This document shows, one piece after another, positions 28,443 to 37,655 of a DNA stretch of 64,000 nt; the first letter of the stretch is position 1, and each line of letters starts with the position of its first letter. A program made the position numbers and the translations under genes. The stretch is from NCBI GenBank assembly GCA_965215195.1, contig CBDCDC010000002.1, positions 2,176,001 through 2,240,000 of the forward strand, given 5' to 3'. The notes beneath the pieces were generated by a model, which made no database searches, was not told where the DNA came from, and was given only the letters and a program-made list of their open reading frames with translations. The stretch comes from Candidatus Latescibacterota bacterium. Its GTDB lineage: Bacteria; Latescibacterota; UBA2968; UBA8231.

Positions 28443-29126
28443 TCAAACGGCGATTTTCGACAGGGAAATATGGCCCTTGAAACAGTGGTCCACGTCAGTG
28501 CCGGGTTGTCGTCCGCGCTCTTGATAGATTCCAGTGTATAGAAAGCCGTCGCCGGTCCGCGAGAATGTGGTTCTGTGGGGGCTCGTGTCCACCGGGGCGC
28601 GTTTCGTTTCCAAGCGTACTCGGTTGTGCTCGGGATGGGGCAGATTCACGTTCAGAAAACATCCGCCTTCCTGCGTCTCGTTCAGCACCTTATCCAAAAT
28701 CGGTTGCAGCCGTTCGGCAGCCAGCGGCCAGTCAACCGACCGGCCTTTTACGGTATAGTGGGACAGGGCGATGGCCTTACAACCGTGAATAGCAGCCTCC
28801 CTAGCGGCGGCTACCGTGCCGGATTCGTACACATCCACCCCAAGGTTGCCGCCGTGATTGATACCGGAGAGCACCCAGTCACCGTCGGACGCTAGGCTGC
28901 TGAGCGCCAGACGAGTACAGTCGGCCGGCGTGCCCCATATCCTGTAGCGTTCTTCCGTCAGTTTATCCACGCGAATGGGCCTATGGGTTGTCAACTGATG
29001 TCCAACGCCAGACTGGGGCTCGGCCGGCGCGACGACGACGACCGCGCCCCACCGCGACGCCAGACGGACCAAGGTCTGTAGGCCCTCTGCTTCAATGCCG
29101 TCGTCGTTGGTAACGATTATTTTCAC
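28443..29126 (-). CDS. surE: 5'/3'-nucleotidase SurE
   Basis: TNDDGI, QSGVG, GTPADC, SGINHGGNLG, SGTVAAAREA. Confidence 0.95.
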   Translation of the reverse strand: MKIIVTNDDGIEAEGLQTLVRLASRWGAVVVVAPAEPQSGVGHQLTTHRPIRVDKLTEERYRIWGTPADCTRLALSSLASDGDWVLSGINHGGNLGVDVYESGTVAAAREAAIHGCKAIALSHYTVKGRSVDWPLAAERLQPILDKVLNETQEGGCFLNVNLPHPEHNRVRLETKRAPVDTSPHRTTFSRTGDGFLYTGIYQERGRQPGTDVDHCFKGHISLSKIAV

Positions 29127-29252
29127 TGCGGCCCCTTAGTACACATCAGCGGCCCCGCAGCCACAGCCGGATCAATCCCAAGATCGGCCAAGACTTCCCC
29201 TCGCGGAAGAGGGTGTATTCGTCAAGTAATTCTCCTGTTTCGCACATCTCAC

Positions 29253-30866
29253 CTAGCCGCCCGACGCCGGTGCCGTGCGCTGCCACTCCATCCACTCGCT
29301 AAGCTCGCGCTGGGTGGCGTTGAAGCGCGAGCGCACCTCCGGTGGGAACACGTAGTGATTCACATTCAAAGCGAACGTCTTCGTGGCCCAGTAATTGATG
29401 TGGTATAGCCCGTTGGAGGGATAGCTGTAGCCTCCGGCCCTGAAAGAATAGGGTACGAGGCCCGTGTAGTTTTTGGGCAGCACGAGACGATTGCCGTAGA
29501 CGAGGTCCCCCGCCTGCAGATCATCGTGTTGACCATCGTCGAACAGCGCGAGTTTCTTGACCGTGATCTCTTCTCCCCATGTCTTGTAGGACGACAAATC
29601 CGTGATGTATTCGACGATGACGGCCTGGGGGCTGCGCGAAGTGGCTCGAAACACCACGCCGCGATCATCGGCATCGGGCGAGGGAAACGGATCGGAGCAG
29701 TACAAGTCCGCTAGAAGATTCTTTTTGACAAAGGGGAAATCCGTCAGGAACGATCTCCTTGCCGCCAGAAAGCCTTTCAGACGCGAGATCGCAGCGTCAA
29801 ATTCGGCGTTGGTGCCAAGCTTGGCTCCGTCCAGATAAACGTCCGACTTGATCAACTCGTACGTTGAATCAATCTCGGCCTCCACGGCGGCGAATCCGTG
29901 CTCGATGACGACGCTGACCTTGCTCCAGAACGACTCGCGATAGGCGTCGTATTCCATCAACCTCTGAAATAGAAGATGGTGTTTCAGATGGTAGAGGTAG
30001 AGTATGGAGGCCGTTTCAAGGTCGGGCCGGTATTTTCCGGTCCATAAATTGCCGAAGGAAGCATCGTGATCCCAAGGTAAAATTTGATGCAAGCGCCCGC
30101 TCGGATCGAAATAGAGCAGCGTATTCTTCCCCACGGCGTCTTGACTGGAGATAGCATAGGCGATCGCGAAGTATTGAAGCACACTCTCCACATCCACCAG
30201 AAGGGAAATCCGCTCTGCAAAATCCTCATACGTCAGATAGAGAAGCTGATTGAATAGCCGCTGCCCATCGATATAGTCGGATTCACCTCCCACCTTCTTG
30301 TTCCACGAAGAAAAGTAGGTGTCGTAATCCAGCAATGGCGCTGTATTCCCACCGTGATTCTCGGCTTTGTAGAGACTTCCGAGCTCGTAGTCGTAGCGCC
30401 GAAGAAGATCCTGATCAGGCTCCTCTACTTGGACGAAGACGCCCATGAAGTCATCGTTGACCATCAGGCTGATGTGCGCGGTATTCGGCGCTGGATGACC
30501 GATGAACTGATACAACCTCATGGCCAGCGCGTTGCGCATCAACGAGAGATCTTCGTACTCCGCGTTGAGGTTGAGCTCCCTGACTCCAACCGGATTGGAT
30601 GGATCCTCAAACCAGACCTTCCAGCTTTTCTTTGGTTGCGAGCGGGCTACCTCGCCCCGGAATCGCACCTCGCACTCGAGAACCTCGCCCGCGAAGGAAA
30701 ATTGGGCGGGATAGCGGACATTGCTGAAGGGGGACTGGTAGAGGGCACTCAGGTCGGCGGGATCGACGGTCAGGTGATAGGTTGGAAGTTCGAGCCGTTG
30801 ATCTTGGGCATAGAGAGAAGGCACGTAGATGGACGCCGCAACGAAAACGAGCACTAGCTCCCTCAT
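29253..30866 (-). CDS. Secreted CotH kinase family protein
   Basis: Signal peptide; RFRG...KKSWKV, LNAEYEDLSLMRN, LYKA, KN, PWDHD; DDGQHDDLQAGDLVYG (choice-of-anchor X-like). Confidence 0.88.
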   Translation of the reverse strand: MRELVLVFVAASIYVPSLYAQDQRLELPTYHLTVDPADLSALYQSPFSNVRYPAQFSFAGEVLECEVRFRGEVARSQPKKSWKVWFEDPSNPVGVRELNLNAEYEDLSLMRNALAMRLYQFIGHPAPNTAHISLMVNDDFMGVFVQVEEPDQDLLRRYDYELGSLYKAENHGGNTAPLLDYDTYFSSWNKKVGGESDYIDGQRLFNQLLYLTYEDFAERISLLVDVESVLQYFAIAYAISSQDAVGKNTLLYFDPSGRLHQILPWDHDASFGNLWTGKYRPDLETASILYLYHLKHHLLFQRLMEYDAYRESFWSKVSVVIEHGFAAVEAEIDSTYELIKSDVYLDGAKLGTNAEFDAAISRLKGFLAARRSFLTDFPFVKKNLLADLYCSDPFPSPDADDRGVVFRATSRSPQAVIVEYITDLSSYKTWGEEITVKKLALFDDGQHDDLQAGDLVYGNRLVLPKNYTGLVPYSFRAGGYSYPSNGLYHINYWATKTFALNVNHYVFPPEVRSRFNATQRELSEWMEWQRTAPASGG

Positions 30867-31065
30867 GGCCACAAAGCCTTTTTACTCATCGTTTCACCTC
30901 TCAGAGAAAATGATATATTTCACGATATACGACCTTAGTGCATCCGTCAAGGATACAGTCTCGAGCAGTCCCCTTCGGCGGCAGACGGCCTTGTTAGACA
31001 CCGGCTTTGCCTCTATTCTTGGTGGTGTGTAGAGTTGGCGCGTCAACAGCTTCTAAGGGTAGAGC

Positions 31066-31842
31066 ATGACAGACGACGAAAAGTATTTCTTCGACCTCAA
31101 CGGCTATCTCATTCTCAGGGATGTCGTCGATCCGGACACCATCCGCCGCTGCAACGAGGCCATCGATCACTACGACGACCAAATCGAGGTTCACGAGCGC
31201 CGCTTTGAAGGCGAGTCCAAGGCCCTGACCAGCGATGTCCGTCAGCGCTGGAGCGATGAGATGGTCGCCTGGCAGCGACCCCACTGCGAGCCTTTCCGCC
31301 AGTTGATGGTGCATCCCCGTCTCAAACCCTACTTGCGCACAATAATCGGCGACTACCACATGATCGAGCGGCCGCGCTTGGTTGTGATGGACAAAGGCTG
31401 CGCCGGTCACTACCTCCACGGCGGCCAACCCGATCGGCGGTCCTATTCGCTGACCTATCACTGGAAATTCGGCAAGATCTACAACAGCCTGACCCTAGTG
31501 GAATTCCCGCTGGCCGACGAAGGCCCCGGCGACGGCGGCTTGGCCGTGGTCCCCGGCGGCCATAAAGCCAACTATTCGATCCCCGAAGCACTGCGCCATT
31601 ACGAGGCTTTCCAAGACGAAGTAGTCGAGATCAACGTGCGCGCCGGCGATGTCGTGATCTTCGCCGAAGCCACCATTCACGGCACCCTAGTGTGGCGAGC
31701 GGACCATCAGCGCCGCACCCTGCTCTACCCCTACTGCCCGCGCTACCAAGCCCGCGTCTCCTCCATGTACGAGGTATCGCATCCGCCCTACGTCCGCGAC
31801 ATGACGCCAGAGCAACAAGCCGTCCTCCAACCGCCACACTAA
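31066..31842 (+). CDS. Phytanoyl-CoA dioxygenase (PhyH) family protein
   Basis: FFDLNGYL, LHGG, GGLAVVPGGHK, AGDVVIFAEATIHG, RR. Confidence 0.88.
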   Translation: MTDDEKYFFDLNGYLILRDVVDPDTIRRCNEAIDHYDDQIEVHERRFEGESKALTSDVRQRWSDEMVAWQRPHCEPFRQLMVHPRLKPYLRTIIGDYHMIERPRLVVMDKGCAGHYLHGGQPDRRSYSLTYHWKFGKIYNSLTLVEFPLADEGPGDGGLAVVPGGHKANYSIPEALRHYEAFQDEVVEINVRAGDVVIFAEATIHGTLVWRADHQRRTLLYPYCPRYQARVSSMYEVSHPPYVRDMTPEQQAVLQPPH

Positions 31843-31860
31843 AAGCGAACCCAAAGTCCT

Positions 31861-32631
31861 GTGAACGACGACGATAAATTCTTCTTCGACCTCAAAGGCT
31901 TCGTCCACCTCAAGGGGGTGCTGAACCAAGAGGAAGTGGACCGCTGCAACAGTGCCATCGACGCCCACGCCGAGCACTTTTTCCAGACCGAGCGCACCCT
32001 CGAAGGAAACTCCAAGGTTCTCGGCGGCACGAATAAGCAAAAGTGGATGGAGGGCATGTTGGCATGGGAACGGCCGCACTGCGAGCCCTTTCGCGACCTG
32101 CTCGTCCACGCCCAGATCCAGCCCTATCTCAACGAATTGCTCGGCGGCGGCTACCGCCTAGATCACGGTCCCTTGCTCATTGCCATGGACAAAGGCGACG
32201 GCGGCCACTTGCTGCACGGCGGCGGCGTTGAGCGCCAGGATTTCTCGCAGACCTACACCTTCAAATTCGGCCAGATGTTTTGCGGCTTGACCGCGGTCGA
32301 ATTCCAGCTAGCCGACGAAGGCCCCGGCGACGGCGGCCTAGCGGTCATACCCGGGTCCCACAAAGCCAATTTTCCCCTGCCCGAGAAGCTGTCCTTGTAC
32401 GAAGAACACTGCGAGTACGTCAAGGAGGTTCACAGCCAAGCCGGCGACGCCATTATCTTCACCGAAGCACTGACCCACGGCACGCTGGTATGGCAGGGCG
32501 AACACCAGCGCCGCTCCCTGCTCTACAAGTACAGTCCATCTTTCCAAGCCCACGCGCCCGGCTACCATCGGACGCAAGCCCCGGATTACATCCTCGACAT
32601 GAGCGACGAAGAACGCGCCATGCTCAGTTAG
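31861..32631 (+). CDS. Phytanoyl-CoA dioxygenase (PhyH) family protein, tandem paralog
   Basis: FFFDLKGF, LHGG, GGLAVIPGSHK, FTEALTHG, RRSLLYKY. Confidence 0.88.
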   Translation: MNDDDKFFFDLKGFVHLKGVLNQEEVDRCNSAIDAHAEHFFQTERTLEGNSKVLGGTNKQKWMEGMLAWERPHCEPFRDLLVHAQIQPYLNELLGGGYRLDHGPLLIAMDKGDGGHLLHGGGVERQDFSQTYTFKFGQMFCGLTAVEFQLADEGPGDGGLAVIPGSHKANFPLPEKLSLYEEHCEYVKEVHSQAGDAIIFTEALTHGTLVWQGEHQRRSLLYKYSPSFQAHAPGYHRTQAPDYILDMSDEERAMLS

Positions 32632-32716
32632 GGGCCGGTGCGCCCGAAGTGCGCGTCGTCCTCGACCGGCACGTCAGCCGCCAAGCTCACGGCTCTGCGC
32701 CCGGACCTGAGTCGAG

Positions 32717-33601
32717 CTACTCCGGCTCCTCACCAATACTCGCCAGCCTAGCCTTTGCTTCCGCGTAGAAATCCGCGGGCAGTGGCCCCTCCAAAGCCGC
32801 AGCGACATTGGACTGCATGTGCTCTAAGTTCGTCGTGCCGACAATCGTCGTGTGGCACGCTGGATGCGCGAGGGTGAAGCGCAGGACAAACTCGTGGCGA
32901 CTCATCCCGCCTATGAGTCCGTCGAGACCAGACCGCTCCCACTTCGACTGGCGCTCCTCATTGGCTCGGTGTCCGAGGCTAATGCCGCCGCGAATGAGAA
33001 TGCCGGCTCCGGCGTCGGCCGCTTGCTGAATAATCCTTTCGTGCTGGCGCTCAAGGGCGGAGTAGGGAATCTGAAACGCATCAAACGCACCCGACTCCAC
33101 GAACGCGGCTAAGTGCGGCAGCGTGGAAGACACGCCGATAAAACGGGTCTTTCCCGCCCGTCGAATATCCTCAAGCACTTCGATCAGTCCTCCCAGTTCA
33201 ACCTCTTCCACAGTGGGATTGTGCATCTGTAGCAGATCTACGCAGTCGGTCTTCAGGCGGCGCAGGCTCTGGTCGATGTTGGTGTGCAGACGCTCGGCCG
33301 TCCACAGGTGGCCCGGATCCAGCCTGTTGCCCTCCTCGTCGATGTTGCAGCCACATTTGGTAGCCAAGTAGAACTCGTCGCGGCGATGGCTGAGGTACTT
33401 GCCGATCCGCTCCTCGCTCGCGCCGTAATCCGGGGCCGTATCCACGAGGTTGATCCCCGCATCGAGGGCCGCATTCAACACGCGGCCCGCCTGAGCGTCG
33501 TACTCGGCTTCGTCCGGCAGGCCGCGCTCGGCCGCTCCAAAGCCGAGTTGTGTGACTTCGAGCCCGGTGCGACCGAGGGTGCGTTTAGTCAAATTTTCCA
33601 T
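32717..33601 (-). CDS. Aldo/keto reductase
   Basis: Start ATG 33601; LGRTGLEV, GINLVDTAPDYG, LATKCG, SLRRLKTDCVDLLQMH. Confidence 0.92.
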   Translation of the reverse strand: MENLTKRTLGRTGLEVTQLGFGAAERGLPDEAEYDAQAGRVLNAALDAGINLVDTAPDYGASEERIGKYLSHRRDEFYLATKCGCNIDEEGNRLDPGHLWTAERLHTNIDQSLRRLKTDCVDLLQMHNPTVEEVELGGLIEVLEDIRRAGKTRFIGVSSTLPHLAAFVESGAFDAFQIPYSALERQHERIIQQAADAGAGILIRGGISLGHRANEERQSKWERSGLDGLIGGMSRHEFVLRFTLAHPACHTTIVGTTNLEHMQSNVAAALEGPLPADFYAEAKARLASIGEEPE

Positions 33602-33716
33602 GGTTCCTCCTCGGAATGATTTGAATGTGGCGATGGCCGTCTCAAGGAGATCTGCTTGGAGACAGGCCAAGAATAATCTAAGTTATATGTCACAAGGGAG
33701 AGAGGGGAGGACCTAC

Positions 33717-34013
33717 TTGTCGCCGAGCCTCATAGAGCGCATAAGAGACAAGATTCGGGCGCACCAATACGATATGTCCGCTCACGCTATGGAGGAGATG
33801 GCCGAGGATTTACTGGATATTGTCGATGTCGAGACAGCGGTATGGAATGGACAAATCGTCCGTACGGAAAGGGACGATCCGAGAGGAACAAAGTACATCA
33901 TAGAAGGCACGGCTGTCGATCAGAAGACGCCAGTCGGTGTTGTCGGGCGTTTTACTGGAAACGACCGCTTCCTGATTATTACGGTTTACGAAGTCACCGA
34001 AATCAAGAAATAA
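33717..34013 (+). CDS. DUF4258 domain protein (putative toxin)
   Basis: SAHAMEEM.ED...GTKYIIEG...IITVYE; TTG start after GGAGG. Confidence 0.8.
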   Translation: MSPSLIERIRDKIRAHQYDMSAHAMEEMAEDLLDIVDVETAVWNGQIVRTERDDPRGTKYIIEGTAVDQKTPVGVVGRFTGNDRFLIITVYEVTEIKK

Positions 34014-34017
34014 GGCC

Positions 34018-34254
34018 ATGTACGGATACAATTGCGAATACTGCGACGGAACGGTTAAACCACGTCTTGTCGCGCATGAGGCGTTCAAGCACAAAAATAG
34101 GTTTGTGATTCTGGAAGATGTCGCGATAGGCGTCTGCGATTCGTGCGGCAATCGGTATTATTCCGCCGATATCCTTCACATAGTGCATGAAATAGCCACG
34201 GGCAAGAAAGCAGCTAAACGCAATGAGGTAATTCCAGTAGGGCATTTATTTTGA
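34018..34254 (+). CDS. YgiT-type zinc finger (MqsA-like)
   Basis: CEYCDG...VCDSCGNRYY; paired with DUF4258. Confidence 0.85.
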   Translation: MYGYNCEYCDGTVKPRLVAHEAFKHKNRFVILEDVAIGVCDSCGNRYYSADILHIVHEIATGKKAAKRNEVIPVGHLF

Positions 34255-34332
34255 TCCGCAGTAAGGGGTCGGTGCCCGCATACTTCGCTGTCCTTGAATT
34301 TTAGCCGCCCGAAGTCGGAACGATCTGGGGCA

Positions 34333-36291
34333 TCAGGACCGGCCAAGATCCCGCTCCCGCACCATTTCGTGTCCCTCAAACAAATCCCGCGCCACCGTCC
34401 CCTGCGCTTGGCGAGGCGGCTCGGCCCCCAGCATCTGGCAGAAGGTGGGCACTACATCGGCCGCGTGGATGTACCCCAACTTCTCCACCGGCCGCTCGTA
34501 TCCCCGCTTCACGCCCGGCCCGGCCAGCAACCACGAACCAAAGCTGGACGAGACCTCACTTTGGGTCGGCAGAAAGCCCCCGTGGTGCGCTCCGTACACA
34601 TTGGGTGCTCCAACACAGCCGCCGCCGGCAATGCCGCGCCACTGCCCGTAGTACCCGCTGACGTACCCGTGATCCCAAGCAAAGACCACATCGCCGCACT
34701 GGTCGCCCCACTGGCCGAGGAGGTACGCGTCGCGCCGCGGCAGGGCCACGGCCACTGGATTGCGCCCCACTTCTCGGTCGACCCACGTGCGCAGGGCCAA
34801 CAGCAACTCGGCCTCAATGCGGTCGAATTCCGCTCCCGGCTCGGCGTTGATGAAAATGTCGAATCCCTTGTCGTCCTTCATGTAGGCCCGGGTGCGCTCC
34901 CAGTCGATGTCCTCCTCGCGCACCTGATCGCGCACCAGTGCCTCTTCCTCGCCCTTGAGCACCAGAAAGCCTTGCTCGTGCAAGAACTGGCGGATATTGG
35001 CCACCCGCACATCGGGCGAGCACCCGTGGTCGGACACCACGCCCACGTATGTATGCTCATCCGCGTCTTCCCACAGCCGCCCCAAAATGCGGTCCCCCAC
35101 CTGATAGGCCCGCCGAAAGTAGTCCCAGTACTGTTCGGCGCGCTCGGCTGCGTACCCCGGGCACACAGGATCCACGTCCCCGAGGTGGATGTGGTTGAGA
35201 TAGTCGTACAGATGCCAGTGGCAAATAAAAAAGGAACAGCCTCGCTCCCGCAGCATGTAGCGTGCGACCTCGGCAAACCACATCCCCTGGTACTCGCATT
35301 CCTCCAAGGCCGTGTCAAAGTCGGCCATCCCTGCGGTATAGGGCAACATGGAGGCGTGTTCCTGATACGGGCCAAAGCGCTCCACTAACGCTCCGGCCAA
35401 CTCGTCGGGCAGGGTAAAGCCACCGGTATAGGTCACCTGAGTGCGGTAGAGCTTGAGCCGGCTGCCGTCCGCGGCCAGTTCCATCAGCTTGAAGCGCAGC
35501 GCAGCCGTCCGCTGACCGCCGTCGATGGCAAAATCCTCCACCGCCCACTCGCTCCATTCCCCCACCCCAGCAGCAGCCACGCAACGGGCCCCGTCCCGGT
35601 CGCGGCACACCAGCACCCGGTCGTAGCCCCGCCCCGAGCGGTCCACCGTTAGCAGATGGAACCCAGTGCGATCCCCACCCAACCGAGCTACTACCTCAAT
35701 GCGGCTCTCCAGCGGCGGGGCCTTGCTTGCGGGCAAGTTTCGCCACCCTTGGGCCGGGGTTAGCAGCGGAATCGGCTCGACGCTGCGCTGCGCTTGCCGC
35801 ACGGCCGTGCCATCGTGGTCCATGGCGATGGCCTCCTCTAGCGCGGCATCCGTGGTATAGGCCTGACAGGTGGCCACTTCAAAATCCGTACTGCGGTGCC
35901 CGGGGTGGCCAAAGCCATCAACCACAAAGCCGGTCTCCACCCCAGAGGGATGGGCCGCTGGATAGTGCATGGCCACGCTCTGCAGGCCTGCCCGCTCCAA
36001 GGCGTTCCAGATGCGCTCGGCATTGTTGGCCCGCCCGTCGAAGCTGTCGATCCGCTGGCCCGGCGCGATCTCCACCCGCCAGCGCGTCACTCCGTGCGTA
36101 CCCGTGTGCGCCCCGGTCGAAAGGGTGGCCCAGTTGGTCGGGGTCCACACTGGGAAAGAGGGCAGCGTCTGGTTGACCGCGCCCTCGCGCAGCAAGCGCT
36201 CGAAGTGGAGCAAAGCCCCTTCCGCGGCGAACCGCTTCATCATCGGGACGATAAAACCGTCCATGCCAAAGGCGTAAACTTTGCGCTCCAT
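34333..36291 (-). CDS. Alkaline phosphatase superfamily / type I phosphodiesterase
   Basis: GMDG, PVWTPTNWATLSTG, VVSDHG, DVVPT. Confidence 0.88.
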   Translation of the reverse strand: MERKVYAFGMDGFIVPMMKRFAAEGALLHFERLLREGAVNQTLPSFPVWTPTNWATLSTGAHTGTHGVTRWRVEIAPGQRIDSFDGRANNAERIWNALERAGLQSVAMHYPAAHPSGVETGFVVDGFGHPGHRSTDFEVATCQAYTTDAALEEAIAMDHDGTAVRQAQRSVEPIPLLTPAQGWRNLPASKAPPLESRIEVVARLGGDRTGFHLLTVDRSGRGYDRVLVCRDRDGARCVAAAGVGEWSEWAVEDFAIDGGQRTAALRFKLMELAADGSRLKLYRTQVTYTGGFTLPDELAGALVERFGPYQEHASMLPYTAGMADFDTALEECEYQGMWFAEVARYMLRERGCSFFICHWHLYDYLNHIHLGDVDPVCPGYAAERAEQYWDYFRRAYQVGDRILGRLWEDADEHTYVGVVSDHGCSPDVRVANIRQFLHEQGFLVLKGEEEALVRDQVREEDIDWERTRAYMKDDKGFDIFINAEPGAEFDRIEAELLLALRTWVDREVGRNPVAVALPRRDAYLLGQWGDQCGDVVFAWDHGYVSGYYGQWRGIAGGGCVGAPNVYGAHHGGFLPTQSEVSSSFGSWLLAGPGVKRGYERPVEKLGYIHAADVVPTFCQMLGAEPPRQAQGTVARDLFEGHEMVRERDLGRS

Positions 36292-36353
36292 AGGTCCTCA
36301 TTTAGTCGGTGGTTAGTGGCCAATAGTTAGCGGCTTTTTCTCGGAGACAGCAA

Positions 36354-37388
36354 CTACCGCCGCCGCAGCAATACCGTCACTTCGAGGCGGTTGTGGAACA
36401 AGTGCTTGACCCGTTCAATTTCGTAGGCCGGTGCGAGGGCCGCGGCTGTGCGGGCCAGCAGCCGGTGCGGGCGACGCACCACTAGTTTCACCGTAAGCAC
36501 GGCCCGGCAGCCCGCTTTGAGCCACGGGGCCATAGCCACCATCAATTTGGCCGACTCCTCGGGCTCGACGTTCATATCGTCGACCAACAAATCGAATTCG
36601 CCCGCTCCTTGGTACTCCTCGGCCTTGCTCTGCACGTAGGTCACCCCGGGCAGGGCCGCCACGGCCGGGGCCAAGGGGGCCGGATCAATGGCTACGACCT
36701 CCATGCCCCTATCCACCAGCACCTTGGTCCAGCCGCCAGGAGCTGCGCCCAGATCCAAGGCGCGTCCCCCGGCCACCTCGAGGCGGAATTTGCGCAGGGC
36801 CTCCACAAGCTTGAACTCGGCGCGGCTGACTGTGCGGGCGTGGCGCGAGAAAATGCGGTATTCGTCGCAGTGCTCGTTGAGGTTGTCGCCCGCTGGCGAA
36901 CAGCCCACATAGCCCCACCGGCCCAAGAGAAACACCGAAACTACTTGCTGTCGCTCGTCGATTGCCGCGGTCCAGTCGGAGAAGCGCGGCACCCCGCCCA
37001 AGGCCTCCAAGCGCGTGCCGATCCATACTTCGACGTCCTTGGCCCGGTAGTCGGTGTTCGGGCCGATCCGCCGGCATTGGACGGAAAAGGGATCGCCCGC
37101 GCCTAGGGGATCCAGCTCCAATACCGCGGCCTCCAAGATCGCCAGATCCCGGTCCATCACCTCGGTCAGTTCCACTTCCGCCTGCACCGGCATAATGTGC
37201 TTGACAAAGACGGGATCGGCCTCCACGACAGCGGCGATGAAATCTGCGGCCGCGCGCTCTGTCTCGACGAGGAACACCCCATCTTTGAACAGACACCTGC
37301 GGCGCAGGCGAGGATCGATTTCGACCAACTCGGCCCAAGCGGTCTTGTGCAGTTTTGGCGCGGCCGTGGCAATGAATCGAGCCGCCAT
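36354..37388 (-). CDS. THUMP + FtsJ-like RNA methyltransferase (RlmM-like)
   Basis: FSVQCRR THUMP segment; SRAEFKLVEA, LDLGAAPGGW, VLTVK. Confidence 0.85.
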   Translation of the reverse strand: MAARFIATAAPKLHKTAWAELVEIDPRLRRRCLFKDGVFLVETERAAADFIAAVVEADPVFVKHIMPVQAEVELTEVMDRDLAILEAAVLELDPLGAGDPFSVQCRRIGPNTDYRAKDVEVWIGTRLEALGGVPRFSDWTAAIDERQQVVSVFLLGRWGYVGCSPAGDNLNEHCDEYRIFSRHARTVSRAEFKLVEALRKFRLEVAGGRALDLGAAPGGWTKVLVDRGMEVVAIDPAPLAPAVAALPGVTYVQSKAEEYQGAGEFDLLVDDMNVEPEESAKLMVAMAPWLKAGCRAVLTVKLVVRRPHRLLARTAAALAPAYEIERVKHLFHNRLEVTVLLRRR

Positions 37389-37655
37389 CAAAGCTCCCTT
37401 TAGCTGCTAAAGAATGCGTGGAATTTGTTACAGTATCATTCGCTAAGGCGGCAACTGCGTGCGTCCTACCATCCAGTGCGAATGCGCCCCCAGGAGGTGT
37501 CGTGTACTTAGCGTTTACTTTATCGAGTGTCAACGGGCTGCGGCATCCCAACGCGCCATCTACTGGCCAGCTCGAGCAGCCTTTTGTTGACCGGTAGCGG
37601 CGGATTTGGCTACGTTTGCCCATTCGCCACACTACTCCATGCTCTAACCCACCCC

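Noticed and set aside
37437-37484. Possible structured leader before the RNA methyltransferase (CATTCGC...GCGAATG)
   Set aside because: A single 7-bp stem, with no second copy and no recognisable riboswitch motif.
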